A stretch of 63,390 nucleotides of DNA, the filler included, from Acidimicrobiia bacterium (GTDB lineage Bacteria > Actinomycetota > Acidimicrobiia > Spongiisociales > JAHEDJ01), in the NCBI GenBank assembly GCA_029210695.1. It is 18 parts of 18 records of this genome, joined end to end, with 100 filler letters (N's around TTAATTAATTAA, not from the genome) between each part and the next. Parts side by side here need not be neighbours in the genome. Positions count along the whole stretch, not along the records: positions 1 to 4,466 come from JARGFH010000118.1; positions 4,567 to 8,932 come from JARGFH010000119.1; positions 9,033 to 13,226 come from JARGFH010000120.1; 15 more parts are not named here. One strand, written 5' to 3'. The translations under genes and the position numbers were made by a program. The notes beneath the pieces are model-generated. The model saw only the letters and a list, made by a program, of their open reading frames with translations, did not search any database and was not told where the DNA came from. Positions 1-9,648 of the stretch are shown in pieces. Numbering within the stretch: the first letter of the stretch is position 1; the number at the start of each line of letters is the position of its first letter.

Positions 1-15
1 GCAACGCTCAGACCC

Positions 16-87
16 ATCGATATCGACAAATCGAGCGCACGAACGAGCATTCCGTCGAGTGTCCCCGAACGGCACTTCCGAGTGCGG
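16..87 (-). repeat. GTGCCG-family cassette-boundary repeat, copy A
   Basis: Minus strand CCGCACTCGGAAGTGCCGTTCGGGGACACTCGACGGAATGCTCGTT...GTCGATATCG, directly after the serpin stop. Confidence 0.7.
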
Positions 88-97
88 GTGGCCGGGC

Positions 98-1435
98 TTA
101 GGGGCCTGGGTTCGTGACCTGGCCAGCGAACAGGATGACGCCAGAGGGGCGATGCCGGATGAGGTAGAGGAAAGGCCGGTCAGCTTTGACGGTCAGTTCG
201 GGTTCGGGTGGACCTGATTCGTCGAATCCGAGCGCAGTGGCAGCAGCGGCAACGGTTCCCCATTCGTCGACCGTGATGTCGGCGCCATGCACGGCGCCGT
301 CGAGGAAGGCATCCGGCGTGATCCGAGGGTAGGCGCCGGGAGCAGCACCGATTTCGGTGAGCCATGCGAGTAGGTCGAGCTGGGTGGTGGACTTCCATTT
401 GGGGATGACCAGCTCGTAGGGTCCGGTGGTGAAACTGGCGTCGATCTCCTCCAGCAAGTTCTGGTCGATACGATCCCGGATCTCCTCGAACCGGCCTGGG
501 TCGGGAACGATCACCAACATCGAGAACTCACCACCTACATAGGGGATCTCAGCGCCAACGAAGCCGTCGCCTTCACCACGACGGTCGGCGAGTTCGAGCT
601 CGCGCAGATACTCCGCTTCCACAGTGGAGCCATCGAGGAGGGTGAAGGCGTCGGTAACGATTGGGTATTTACCGAAGATGGTCTGCCATTGGGCCTTGAA
701 GTAGATGGCATCCGTCAGGACCAGGACGGTCTGATCGTCGAGGAACCCTTCTGGAAGGAGTTCGGGGATCAGTCCTTCAGTCTGGTCACTTACCCACGAG
801 TTGATAATCTGGCGACTGCCGGTGGGATCACCAGCAAAATCGAGTGTTTCGGTGGTGGCCCCGTGTTCGGCAGCGAGCAAATCAACCCACGTCTGGTCAG
901 GTGTCACGTCAACCCGGGGCCAGATCCGATCGGCGACCCTGATCGTGATTTCACCCTCGGCATCAGCAGACCCGGCGATCAGCTGATCGGTGGCGTTCCA
1001 CGCTTGGTGTGCCGCGGGCCCGGCGGGCAGAGCGAACGCCTCGTCGATCGCTGTACCCGTGGTTTCGTCGGCGGCTGCGCGGGCCATCAACAAGGCGTGC
1101 CCGATGCTGGCCGGGCTGAACACCAGATTCCCATCCAGCGGCTGCGTGCGCCACAACTCGAACCCGGCGTTGTTGAACCCAGCCGTCAGGTCCGCGACGG
1201 GGGCGTCGCCAACCGGCGTCGAACGCTCTACCCCCGAACTGGGAACCAGGACAACCGGCTCACCCACGGGTTCAACGCCCCCTGCGGAGGTGGTAACCGA
1301 AGACGGTGAGACACCAGGCGCAGGACGCGTCGAATCGATTTCCCCAGGCCCCGCTCCCTCCGCGCACGCAGCGACCAACAACAACAGCGCCACCAGCGTC
1401 GCGACGGGACCTCTCATGGTGTTGAGACGCCTCAT
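98..1435 (-). CDS. Serpin family lipoprotein
   Basis: Lipobox-like VAAC; serpin motifs FSPASI, INSWVSDQTEGLI, AIYFKAQW, hinge EWGTVAAAAT, ADRPFLYLIR. Start may be 1417. Confidence 0.92.
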   Translation of the reverse strand: MRRLNTMRGPVATLVALLLLVAACAEGAGPGEIDSTRPAPGVSPSSVTTSAGGVEPVGEPVVLVPSSGVERSTPVGDAPVADLTAGFNNAGFELWRTQPLDGNLVFSPASIGHALLMARAAADETTGTAIDEAFALPAGPAAHQAWNATDQLIAGSADAEGEITIRVADRIWPRVDVTPDQTWVDLLAAEHGATTETLDFAGDPTGSRQIINSWVSDQTEGLIPELLPEGFLDDQTVLVLTDAIYFKAQWQTIFGKYPIVTDAFTLLDGSTVEAEYLRELELADRRGEGDGFVGAEIPYVGGEFSMLVIVPDPGRFEEIRDRIDQNLLEEIDASFTTGPYELVIPKWKSTTQLDLLAWLTEIGAAPGAYPRITPDAFLDGAVHGADITVDEWGTVAAAATALGFDESGPPEPELTVKADRPFLYLIRHRPSGVILFAGQVTNPGP

Positions 1436-1489
1436 CCCGCCCAAAGGTTCCCGCAAGCCACACCTCCTGGCGCCGATACAACTACGAAA

Positions 1490-1563
1490 CCACACAGACC
1501 AGCTGATACCGAGCGAGAACGCACCACATCTGAAACCACGCATAGCGGCACGTACGAGTGCGG
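1490..1563 (-). repeat. GTGCCG-family repeat, copy A2
   Basis: Minus strand CCGCACTCGTACGTGCCGCTAT...GTGCGTTCTCGCTCGGTATC, between serpin and DUF1801 genes. Confidence 0.65.
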
Positions 1564-1644
1564 CAACAGGTTTCTCAGGCGGAGGCTCCGCACCGGCTCG
1601 CAGCCGGATCGATTCAGGGTGGTCGGACCGGAGTTCCTGTTCGG

Positions 1645-2112
1645 TCAGTCGACTGCATCTGGCGGGGTCCGAGGTGGGATGTCGCTCATTCGCGGAATCG
1701 CGCCCATTGAACGTTCGACCGCTTCGACGTGGGCCACGGATTCGGTTATCAGCTCGGCGAGGACCGTGCGGTCGACGTCGCCGAGACGTTTGAGATGGAC
1801 GGTCGATTTACCAGTCGTGTGTGGGCCGAGCCGGTCAAGGATGTCGTCGAAGCCCCTTAGGCCCGACATGATGTAGAGGGTGATGCGGTCCTTCTTCGGC
1901 GAGAATCCGACGGTGAAGAAGTCGCCCTCCTGGCCGGTCTTGTACCGGTAGTGGTATTGCCCGTACCCGATGGTGTTGGCGTTCCACACCTTTGGCTCCT
2001 CGCCAGTGATGCCGGCGACAAGGACCATCAGGTCCTGGGCGTCGCGGCGGCGACCCTCGTGGGCCACGTCATCGATGATGCGTTGGGCGGCGGCGCGATC
2101 GGTGCTCCTCAT
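1645..2112 (-). CDS. DUF1801 (YdhG-like) protein
   Basis: TGEEPKVW..IGYGQYHYRY..GFSPKK..LG.HTTGKS pattern. Confidence 0.85.
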   Translation of the reverse strand: MRSTDRAAAQRIIDDVAHEGRRRDAQDLMVLVAGITGEEPKVWNANTIGYGQYHYRYKTGQEGDFFTVGFSPKKDRITLYIMSGLRGFDDILDRLGPHTTGKSTVHLKRLGDVDRTVLAELITESVAHVEAVERSMGAIPRMSDIPPRTPPDAVD

Positions 2113-2265
2113 GGGTGCACAGTACCAATCGGTCGAGGGTCTTCACCGTCCTGGAAACGGGAGCCATGTCGGGGTTGGGGAGCCCGATCCCGCAAGTGTG
2201 TGGGTCGAAGCGTTGCCGACTCGGCCGGGAAGCTCTAACCCAGAGGCGGGGGGCACTGTACGGAT

Positions 2266-2703
2266 GCACCGGTCAGCAATCGGGCGTAGAAACGAGCACC
2301 TGGCCAGACTGAGCCGCTCGGCACTTCCGGGCGCTACTGACCTGCGGGATGCTGCTCGTCGGGCCGGGCGCTCGACAACGCTCGGGGCGGTGAGCGATCT
2401 GGCGGTAGGGCATACCTAGATTCACGGCTGAACTCATCGCTTCACGCCCAGAGACTTGGACACGAGCCGCCGTCGCATCCCACATGTGGCACGTGATTGA
2501 ACGCAACTCTTCCGTGGCTGACCTCGCGACATTGCCGCTCGGTCACATCGCAACCGGCCAGGGTCAGGCGAACCTTGGACGATCGCGGCTCACGAGTACC
2601 AACCCGAAGACTGATATCGCGCGAGGCCCAGCGCCGATCACCAAATCCCGAGCAGAAACGAGCATCTGGCCGAGTGCGCGGGATCGGCACTGCTGCGCTC
2701 GGG
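2266..2703 (-). repeat. GTGCCG-family repeat, copies B (about 2266-2335) and C (about 2631-2703)
   Basis: GAAGTGCCGAGC...GTGCTCGTTTCT and CAGTGCCGATCCCGCGCACTCGGCCAGATGCTCGTTTCTGCTCGGGATTTGGTGATCGG. Confidence 0.7.
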
Positions 2704-2891
2704 TCGTCGGCCGACACAAGCCACCCACCGTGGCGAACGTCGCTTGGTCAGACGAGCCGATCTGCCGGTTCCAGAGCGCTGGTGGGCGTGCGATATCGCG
2801 CGGGAGGACTAGTGACCTGTGCGTCCGGGGAGAGAGGGGTAGAACTTGCGTTATCGCCGTTGGTTTCCCGCGGCGTGTGTATCGTTGCTCG

Positions 2892-3884
2892 ATGCTGTTG
2901 CGAGGTTCAGCGATCATCGTGCTGACTGCCTTGCTCACCACTGCATGCGGCCGGGTTGAATCCGGCTCGGTGAGCACAGGGGTGGTGGATCAACCAGTCG
3001 CTCTGGACACGACCACCTCGTCCGTCCCGGCCACGACATCGTCATTGGCGATCACGACATCAACTACCTCTCCGACCACTCCCGAGGGCTATCCGGCCGA
3101 CGAGTCGGGCCGTCGTCTCGTAGTCGCCACCGATGCATCAACGACATACGTGTGCGGGTTCGTCATCTTTCCCGATTCGAAGCCACCCGAGGCGATCACA
3201 GAACCCACGGTCGACGTGGATGGTCTGCTTGCAGGAGCGGGCCCGCCCGGGGTTGATCAGGACAGCTTCTACGAGATCTACGACTGGGTGGTTGTCTCCG
3301 AGACCGCAAAGACGGTGACGCTTCTCGGTTACCCGAAGCACCCGGACTGGCCGGACCTCTACCCGGGTCAGTACGGCTTCGTTGCTTTCGTCCACCGTGA
3401 CGACCAGTGGGAGGCTCTGAGTTCCGCTTGGTGTGACCCAACCGTGTCACAGCTCGACGCTCCAACCGGAGCAAGCAGCACGATTCCCCTCTGGCCCGAC
3501 GAGTATCTCCAGGCAGTGATCGGACGCGACTGGACGACGATCAACAACTATGTACTTGATGAGACTTGGAGTGGGCTCCTGCTCCCCCCTAATCCCGCTG
3601 ATTGGAAACTCGACCACCTTGCCGGGCCGGATCCGACCTCAACTCGATTGCCGATCCTGATCCACGAACGAAACTGCGCGAGCGGCCAGGTCCCTTCTGA
3701 CAGGGACATTGACGTCCTGGTGACCGAAACGGAGGGCGGCCTCGCTCTCACCGTGCTCGTCGCGTCGAGCGGCGGTCTGTGTCCCGAGAATCCTTGGTAT
3801 CCGATCACCGTCGTACTCCCGACACCGCTTGGCGATACCCGGTTGTTTGATGGCCGGACACTTCCGGTGGCTCCCCGGAATTAG
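2892..3884 (+). CDS. Hypothetical lipoprotein with Ser/Thr-rich linker
   Basis: Signal peptide with TTAC lipobox, T/S-rich stalk, C-terminal ERNCASG...CPENP motif. Confidence 0.75.
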   Translation: MLLRGSAIIVLTALLTTACGRVESGSVSTGVVDQPVALDTTTSSVPATTSSLAITTSTTSPTTPEGYPADESGRRLVVATDASTTYVCGFVIFPDSKPPEAITEPTVDVDGLLAGAGPPGVDQDSFYEIYDWVVVSETAKTVTLLGYPKHPDWPDLYPGQYGFVAFVHRDDQWEALSSAWCDPTVSQLDAPTGASSTIPLWPDEYLQAVIGRDWTTINNYVLDETWSGLLLPPNPADWKLDHLAGPDPTSTRLPILIHERNCASGQVPSDRDIDVLVTETEGGLALTVLVASSGGLCPENPWYPITVVLPTPLGDTRLFDGRTLPVAPRN

Positions 3885-3898
3885 CCTGCGGGAGTCGC

Positions 3899-3966
3899 CC
3901 ATCCCAGATCGCCGAATATGGAGTGGAAGCGCCCACTCCGCCGAGTGCCCCATATCCTCACTTCGG
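3899..3966 (-). repeat. GTGCCG-family repeat, copy D (divergent core)
   Basis: GAAGTGAGGATATGGGGCACTCGGCGGAGTGGGCGCTT...GGCGATCTGG. Confidence 0.55.
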
Positions 3967-4027
3967 TGATTGGAGAAGGGCAGCATGGAACCGTCGACCA
4001 GAGCGCAGGTTGGGGCCTTGGCAATGC

Positions 4028-4381
4028 TTATGTCGGTGGAGTGAGCGTTATGCCCATTGAATCGGCGCCTGGAGCAGGTCGCCGTGGCTCACGTACACCG
4101 GCAAGAGGGTCGTCAGGAGGCTCGAGAAACACCGGAAGGCCAGTCTCGTTCTCCCATACCTCTTCGAGCAGGTGCACTTGCTCAGAGACTCCCAACGAGA
4201 TGTTGAGCGGATAGGACTGAAGGAGGGTTCGCTCACTACTACATCGAGGACAACGCACGGCAATCCGAATGTGAGGCATTTCAAAAACCAGCAAATCACG
4301 GATCCGGAGGATTAGGTACTCGGGGTTGGTGGTATCGCCACAGGATTGACATGTCGAAGGTCTGGCCGGTTGAGCTTCCAC
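4028..4381 (-). CDS. Small Zn-ribbon-like protein, probably 5' truncated by IS3
   Basis: CQSC and CPRC pairs; IS end begins at 4390. Confidence 0.4.
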   Translation of the reverse strand: MEAQPARPSTCQSCGDTTNPEYLILRIRDLLVFEMPHIRIAVRCPRCSSERTLLQSYPLNISLGVSEQVHLLEEVWENETGLPVFLEPPDDPLAGVREPRRPAPGADSMGITLTPPT

Positions 4382-4389
4382 CCTACGAA

Positions 4390-4466
4390 TGAGTCGCCCT
4401 GGGTTTGATGGAGACCGTTTTGTTTGGTTTCCTTGCTTACCCTGTGGTGGCTAGTTGAGCGTAGTG
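4390..4466. mobile_element. IS3-family (IS6110/IS51-like) terminus, variant
   Basis: TGAGTCGCCCTGGGTTTGATGGAGAC resembles the IS6110 IR TGAACCGCCCCGG...GGAGACTC. Confidence 0.7.
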
Positions 4467-4599
4467 NNNNNNNNNNNNNNNNNNNNNNNNNNNNNNNNNN
4501 NNNNNNNNNNTTAATTAATTAANNNNNNNNNNNNNNNNNNNNNNNNNNNNNNNNNNNNNNNNNNNNTAGCCGGATATGCCTTCTGCCACCGCAGCAAGG

Positions 4600-4820
4600 G
4601 CGAAGTCGATGATGCGTTCCTCGGGCGTCACACCCCGAACGGTACCGCATCAGACTACGGCCCCGTCGACCCGCTATCACCGGTCATACTCCCGCGCCGA
4701 TCTGGTCGAGTCGACCGGTAGCAACCTCCGGGAGGAACACAGCCGACCCACCCCACAACCGCAGCCTCCGTTTCGCCGGCTACAAGGAGCGCCTACGACG
4801 GAGAGTCGGCGGCACCACCG
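4600..4820 (-). repeat. Conserved ~220 bp leader plus start of gene MTPEERIIDFAL (copy 1; copy 2 at 28403-28627)
   Basis: Long aligned homology between the two contig ends; the ORF start differs mostly at synonymous sites. Confidence 0.8.
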
Positions 4821-5019
4821 TACGGGTACCCAACGGTCCCCCCCTCGGTCAGAGCCAAGTTGGGAGCTATTCACGGTGGACTGGTGCGGACGGCCATGGA
4901 CAGTGCTTGGACAATTGTCGATCAGAACGCCCATGTGGTGAAGACAACCCCGGACGTTCCTGGTTACCGGCCAATTCTCACCCCTCTGGGAGCAACCGAC
5001 GCACCACGCCATTCAGCCC

Positions 5020-5090
5020 AATCCGCACATATCGGGTCAATCCCGAGCAATATCCCGCCCTACGCGATGGCGCCCCGCTATGGCACCTCG
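5020..5090 (-). repeat. GTGCCG-family repeat, copy E
   Basis: GAGGTGCCATAG...GGGATATTGCTCGGGATTGACCCGATATGTGCG, downstream of the NYN gene. Confidence 0.5.
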
Positions 5091-5138
5091 TTTTGGTGCC
5101 TTGTACTGGATGCCCTCGAAGTGGCGGTTGCAGATTGG

Positions 5139-5744
5139 TCAGCGTGTCGTGTAGTCGGTGTTGTCCTGGATGGAGGTGTAGGCGTGATGGTCGATCCAGT
5201 GACAGTAGAGGCGTGAGTTCTTGAGACGGAGTCGGCGTCCTTGACCGGTTGGTGGCCTCCACGCGGCAACCTCAGCGGTTGGCTGATTGAGTCGAATGAC
5301 TTCCTCGAGGGCGGGCAGCAGGTCAGTGTCGCCCGACATGAGTACTCCGACGTCGTACTCGCCGCGTACGGCCATCATGGCGAAGTCGAGGGCGATCTGG
5401 ACGTCGATGCCCTTCTCCTCCGGTTTGGAGGCTGGATAGTCCCGGGGGTAGCGAAGCGGCCGCGCCGTCACGGCGACGTGGGGGAGTTTGTTCCAAGCGG
5501 CGATCTGGCGTCTCGCTGCTCCGTAGCCTTTCGGGTCTTTGGCGCTGCTAGGTAGGCCGCGGTACATGCGGACCTGGTGCAATACCCGGTCGGATTCGCC
5601 GCTGAGCCTGATGATGAGTGCTCCGAGAGCCGTCGGGTGGATTTGACCGGCCCAGTGCGGATCAGTCAGGTGGTCATGGAAGGCGTTGCGGGCGGCGCGA
5701 TAGGCGTTCTGGTAGTCGACAAAGACCACCACCCGTTCCGCCAT
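5139..5744 (-). CDS. NYN-domain (LabA/DUF88, PIN-like) protein
   Basis: VFVDYQN, EKGIDVQIALD, SGDTDLLP motifs. Confidence 0.9.
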   Translation of the reverse strand: MAERVVVFVDYQNAYRAARNAFHDHLTDPHWAGQIHPTALGALIIRLSGESDRVLHQVRMYRGLPSSAKDPKGYGAARRQIAAWNKLPHVAVTARPLRYPRDYPASKPEEKGIDVQIALDFAMMAVRGEYDVGVLMSGDTDLLPALEEVIRLNQPTAEVAAWRPPTGQGRRLRLKNSRLYCHWIDHHAYTSIQDNTDYTTR

Positions 5745-6254
5745 CGATGCTCCCTGGGATTGAAAGCCCCGCCAGTGCGGACCCCGGAGGGTCCGGACGG
5801 CGGGGAGTATTCGTGACCACTATATCGGCAATCGGGGGGTAGGAGTCAAGCCCAATGTTCGACAATCCGGGCCACGGGGAAGGTCGATCTCCACAATTCT
5901 TGTCGATTCCCCACGTAGGGAAGGGTTCACTTGGGTTGATCTGCCCCACGGCGCAATGTCGCCCGACCGGCTCCCTTCCACCGTGTCACCAAGCCCTTGT
6001 TCGTCTGCTCTGGCCGATGAGATCGCTGACATGGAGCCGGCGCCTGGTAGCGGACGGAAGACGGGTTCGACGAGGTGCCCGATCAGGTGCCCGATTAGGT
6101 GCCCGGAGGTGCCACCAACCATGGAAAGTGACGAGAGTCGATGAGAGATAATGGAAGACTCGAATCGTTCGAAACCCCAACTGGGGATTGGAGTTTCGAG
6201 TGATGATCAACGCTGTTGGCGACCACTGAGAGAAGTTGAGAATAGTCACTGTCA

Positions 6255-6311
6255 AGGTTGAGGGCCTAGTGCCCTAAATGGGCGTGGGGGTTCAAGTCCC
6301 CCCTCCGACAC
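6255..6311 (+). other. att site: 3' half of tRNA-Leu(GAG)
   Basis: TTGAGGG anticodon loop, long variable arm GCCC-TAAAT-GGGC, T arm GGGGGTTCAAGTCCCCC; D-arm and 5' acceptor strand absent. Confidence 0.85.
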
Positions 6312-7941
6312 GAACCCCAAGTACATGGGGTTCTCCTGCGCCTACGTGTACCCGCCCGTCGGGGTAGTGGGTGAGGTTGACACCGAGTTCTTCGTAGATG
6401 GCCCGCTTGTCGGCCGGGTCGGCATCGGCCAGTACCGCCACGATGTCGCGTAGCTGGGCGACGAGTGCCTTGATTTCGTTCTCGGTGAGTTTGCGTGGGG
6501 TGGGTTTGCGGCCGAGTTCTCGTTCGAGGTTTCTGCGTTCTCGTTCGACTTCGGCGATCCAGGTGGCGGCGACGGTGATGTCGCTGTCGTGTTCGAGGAG
6601 TGCCCGGTACTTGGCGAGTTTGGTGTCGCATTCTTTGAGCTGGCGGCGCAGCTGAAGGATGCGACCTTGGTCGTCGTCTGGGGCGGCCCCGCTGGCGGCG
6701 GCCAGTGCCTGGGTGGTGGTATCGATGTGGTCATCGTCGAAGAGGCCGCCGATCCAGGTATCGAGTCCCGGCACGATGGCGTCCTCACGCACGTAGATGG
6801 TCTTGGCGTGTTGTTTCTCCCTCACGGCGTATTCGGTGGGGAACTTGCAGCGGTAGTACGGCTTGCCGTTGTTCCATGATCCTTGCATTCTGCGGTCACA
6901 GAGAGCGCAGCGGACCAGCCCTGAGAGCACGTAGGTGTGTTTGGTGCGATTCCGGCGGAGCGCGGCACGTTGGGAGCCCGCAAATATGTCCTGGGCCGCA
7001 TTGAAGGTCTCGACGGAGATGATGGCGGCATGGGTCGGATCCTCAGACCAGACCCATTGGCTGGGGTCGTTCCATCGCATCTTGGTGTCATGGCCGAGGG
7101 CGACGTCATTCACGTCAATGAGGATCTCGTGGCGGCCCTGGCGGTTCCATACCTGGTACCCGGTGTAACGGGGATTCTTGAGAATGGCCCGAACCGCCGA
7201 CTTCGACCAGGCGCCTCCACCGCTCGAGCGGTGACGGTTGCGAGCCGGATCATGTCCGGACGGGGAGAGGATCCCATCTGCGGTGAGTCTCTCGGCGATG
7301 GCGAACAGGCCCCGGCCGGCAAGGAACTCGGTGAAGATCCTCTGCACCACCGGACCCGCTTTGGCGTCGGGTTCGAGCCGCCGGAGCTGTTGGCCAGCGG
7401 CAGCCTTGGCAGGGTTGGGGTGCGGGCCAGCGTCGGTCAACACGTAGCCGTAGGGTGGCCTTCCGCCGAGGAATCGGCCTTCGATGGCTGCCTGGGCGGC
7501 CATCGCGGTGCGGACCCTGGTTTTGATGCGGTTGCGTTCGCCTTTGCTCATGCCACCGTACAGGTTCATGACCATTTCGTGAGCGTCCGATCCTGGGTCG
7601 ACCGCTCCGCCAACTTCAGGCACCCACAATCCGATCCCGTAGTGGACGAAGACGGGGAAGGTGAGTCCGAACTGGTTGCCATAGAACGCCCGTTGGGGTT
7701 CGCCGATCACCACACTGTCAAATCCCCGGTCCGGGTCGGCGAGAGCTTGAAGGAGTTTGGTGGCTTCTGGCCTTCGCGACCAGGGCAAGGACCGGGACTG
7801 GCCGATGTCGAAGAATTCGGTGATGATTTCGCCGCCGGCCGGGTCGATGAGTTGGCGGGATCGGGCGAGTTGCCAGTTGCGCGATGATTCGGGGTCTTGT
7901 TGGTCTTCGGTGGAGACCCTGCCGTAGAACGCGAATCGCAT
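6292..7941 (-). CDS. Large serine recombinase (integrase)
   Basis: YGRVSTEDQQ catalytic Ser, GRPPYGY, recombinase domain, Zn ribbon LSGLVRCALC, coiled coil; stop lies within the tRNA fragment. Confidence 0.95.
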   Translation of the reverse strand: MRFAFYGRVSTEDQQDPESSRNWQLARSRQLIDPAGGEIITEFFDIGQSRSLPWSRRPEATKLLQALADPDRGFDSVVIGEPQRAFYGNQFGLTFPVFVHYGIGLWVPEVGGAVDPGSDAHEMVMNLYGGMSKGERNRIKTRVRTAMAAQAAIEGRFLGGRPPYGYVLTDAGPHPNPAKAAAGQQLRRLEPDAKAGPVVQRIFTEFLAGRGLFAIAERLTADGILSPSGHDPARNRHRSSGGGAWSKSAVRAILKNPRYTGYQVWNRQGRHEILIDVNDVALGHDTKMRWNDPSQWVWSEDPTHAAIISVETFNAAQDIFAGSQRAALRRNRTKHTYVLSGLVRCALCDRRMQGSWNNGKPYYRCKFPTEYAVREKQHAKTIYVREDAIVPGLDTWIGGLFDDDHIDTTTQALAAASGAAPDDDQGRILQLRRQLKECDTKLAKYRALLEHDSDITVAATWIAEVERERRNLERELGRKPTPRKLTENEIKALVAQLRDIVAVLADADPADKRAIYEELGVNLTHYPDGRVHVGAGEPHVLGVRVGGGT

Positions 7942-8138
7942 TACGAATCCGAGCGTACCCGAAGGGCACCCAGGTGTGTGACATTCGCCATACCGTGCCG
8001 TTCAGCGGCGCGCAGCAGGATGCGGAGCAGAACTCCAGCTGCAGCCTCGTTGAGAACCGGGGGACCGGTGGCGTCCATGACGATCCCGGCCGGCTCGCTG
8101 TACTGCCGATCGACACCCGGCGCCGCAGACTGTTCCAT
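7941..8138 (-). CDS. Small protein coupled to the integrase (candidate directionality factor)
   Basis: TAATG stop/start overlap with the integrase; PPVLNEAAAGVLLRILL helix. Confidence 0.55.
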   Translation of the reverse strand: MEQSAAPGVDRQYSEPAGIVMDATGPPVLNEAAAGVLLRILLRAAERHGMANVTHLGALRVRSDS

Positions 8139-8846
8139 ACCCGCATGCTGCGATACGACCCTTTCAGCAGAATGCCAAACACCCTGTCACGGCCGGCCGG
8201 CTGATCCGCACCGCCGCCTCATGTTCTGCCGAAACACCGGACGTGCTGTGAAGGGGCGACCGGGACAGAGCAACTCTGTCGAAACTCTGATGAAAGGGTT
8301 ACAGACACTCTCATAACACTCTGGTGAGAGGGTCAGATGCTCGGATCTGGACCATGACCGCGAAATTGGAGGGTTCCTGAGATCGTAGTGACAGGGCTAC
8401 CGGCGAACATCTTGGCGTGTCCTGTGCCATCCGCTCACCTTCTCGACCAGACCCCCGTCGGCGGAGGGGCGAGCTTGTCGGCGCAGCTGGCGTATCGGCA
8501 GGCAAAGCTCCTCCCGACAGCAAAGAGAAGCGGCGAGATGCCCTCTGTGCCCCAACGTGCCAGCGATCGCCAAAGGGCACGGGGGACCCCTCCAATCGGG
8601 CACTCGACAGCCCAGGCCACTCCCCAACGGCGAATCAGGCAATGAACTCCGGGATCTCAACCCCAAGGACACACAGCTCGTCTCGAGAAGCCACCAAAGC
8701 GCTCCACCAGGGAAACCCGCAGAACCGAACCCCAGGCGAAAGGACCATCCGATGCACCATCCACCACCGACCACGAGGCAAGAGCACCTGACTCGACAGA
8801 CATCGCCAGCGCACAGCGCGATCGCGCACAGAACCCTGTCAACACC

Positions 8847-8932
8847 ACACGCACATGCAACACTTCCTGTGTCAAGCCCTGGGTGGTTTGGTTGGTGTTG
8901 TCAGGGCGCGTGGGAGTGGGGCCGCGGCGCGG
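8847..8932. repeat. Multi-copy non-coding block shared with 57628-57713 (candidate oriT/promoter)
   Basis: Near-identical CACACGCACRTGCAACACTTCCTGTGTCAAGCCCTGGG... at the ends of both recombinase contigs. Confidence 0.7.
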
Positions 8933-9032
8933 NNNNNNNNNNNNNNNNNNNNNNNNNNNNNNNNNNNNNNNNNNNNTTAATTAATTAANNNNNNNNNNNN
9001 NNNNNNNNNNNNNNNNNNNNNNNNNNNNNNNN

Positions 9033-9251
9033 CCGGAGATAGTGGAACAGATCCTCGACATGATGGAACGGCGGTGGATCGGCGAAGAAGTCCCTGCCCT
9101 GGGAGGGATCACACCCCGCCAAGCAGCCGTCGACCCTACCCGCCGAGAAGACCTCATCGCCCTACTCCGGTCGTTCGACCGGATACCCACCAGCGGGGGA
9201 ATCACCATGCGACCCAACATCCTCCGTCGTCACCTCGGCCTGGAGGAATGA
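9033..9251 (+). CDS. C-terminal fragment of SEC-C/MbcA-Xre-like domain protein
   Basis: W..E.VPALGG.TPRQAA.DPTRREDL..LL motif; 5' end lies in the gap. Confidence 0.65.
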   Translation, partial: PEIVEQILDMMERRWIGEEVPALGGITPRQAAVDPTRREDLIALLRSFDRIPTSGGITMRPNILRRHLGLEE

Positions 9252-9347
9252 CCCGGCGCTTCCCGAAAGGGCATGTCGGAGAACGGTGTAACTGGCTGTC
9301 GGGCAGGGGGTGCCCTCACGTTCCATGGTCGATGTGCTCTCGGAGTA

Positions 9348-9570
9348 CCCGCTCCTCGAAGTGCCGTTCGGGGACGGGTGGTTGTGAGGTGCGTTATGGG
9401 GTCCCCGTATCAAATGGACGAAACACAACAGTTTCGTGAGTCCTCTTCGTTACGCTGAGTGGCCGGCACCGCGCTCGCCGACGTGCCGATATTGAGCGGT
9501 TCCAGATACATGGGCGGTTTCGCTCGGGATCAGGGTGATATGCGCTATTCGGTCTGGACGTGCCGACTCT
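9348..9570 (+). repeat. GTGCCG-family repeat, copies F (core 9361), G (core 9483) and partial G2 (core 9560)
   Basis: CCGCTCCTCGAAGTGCCGTTCGGGGAC...GTGCGTTATGG; GACGTGCCGATATTGAGC...GCTCGGGATCAGGGTGATATGCG. Confidence 0.7.
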
Positions 9571-9648
9571 TAGGATCAGGGCTGTCAGTCTCTCGAATTC
9601 GGGTCTTAGACGGGTGGGAGTGCCTTTGGGACCGGTGTCCGATCCACG

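Noticed and set aside
4467..4566. N-flanked TTAATTAATTAA block recurring 17 times
   Set aside because: Artificial contig linker with stops in all frames; ORFs containing X are artefacts and cross-linker neighbourhoods are not real.
6255..6311. Functional tRNA-Leu
   Set aside because: D-arm and 5' acceptor strand are missing.
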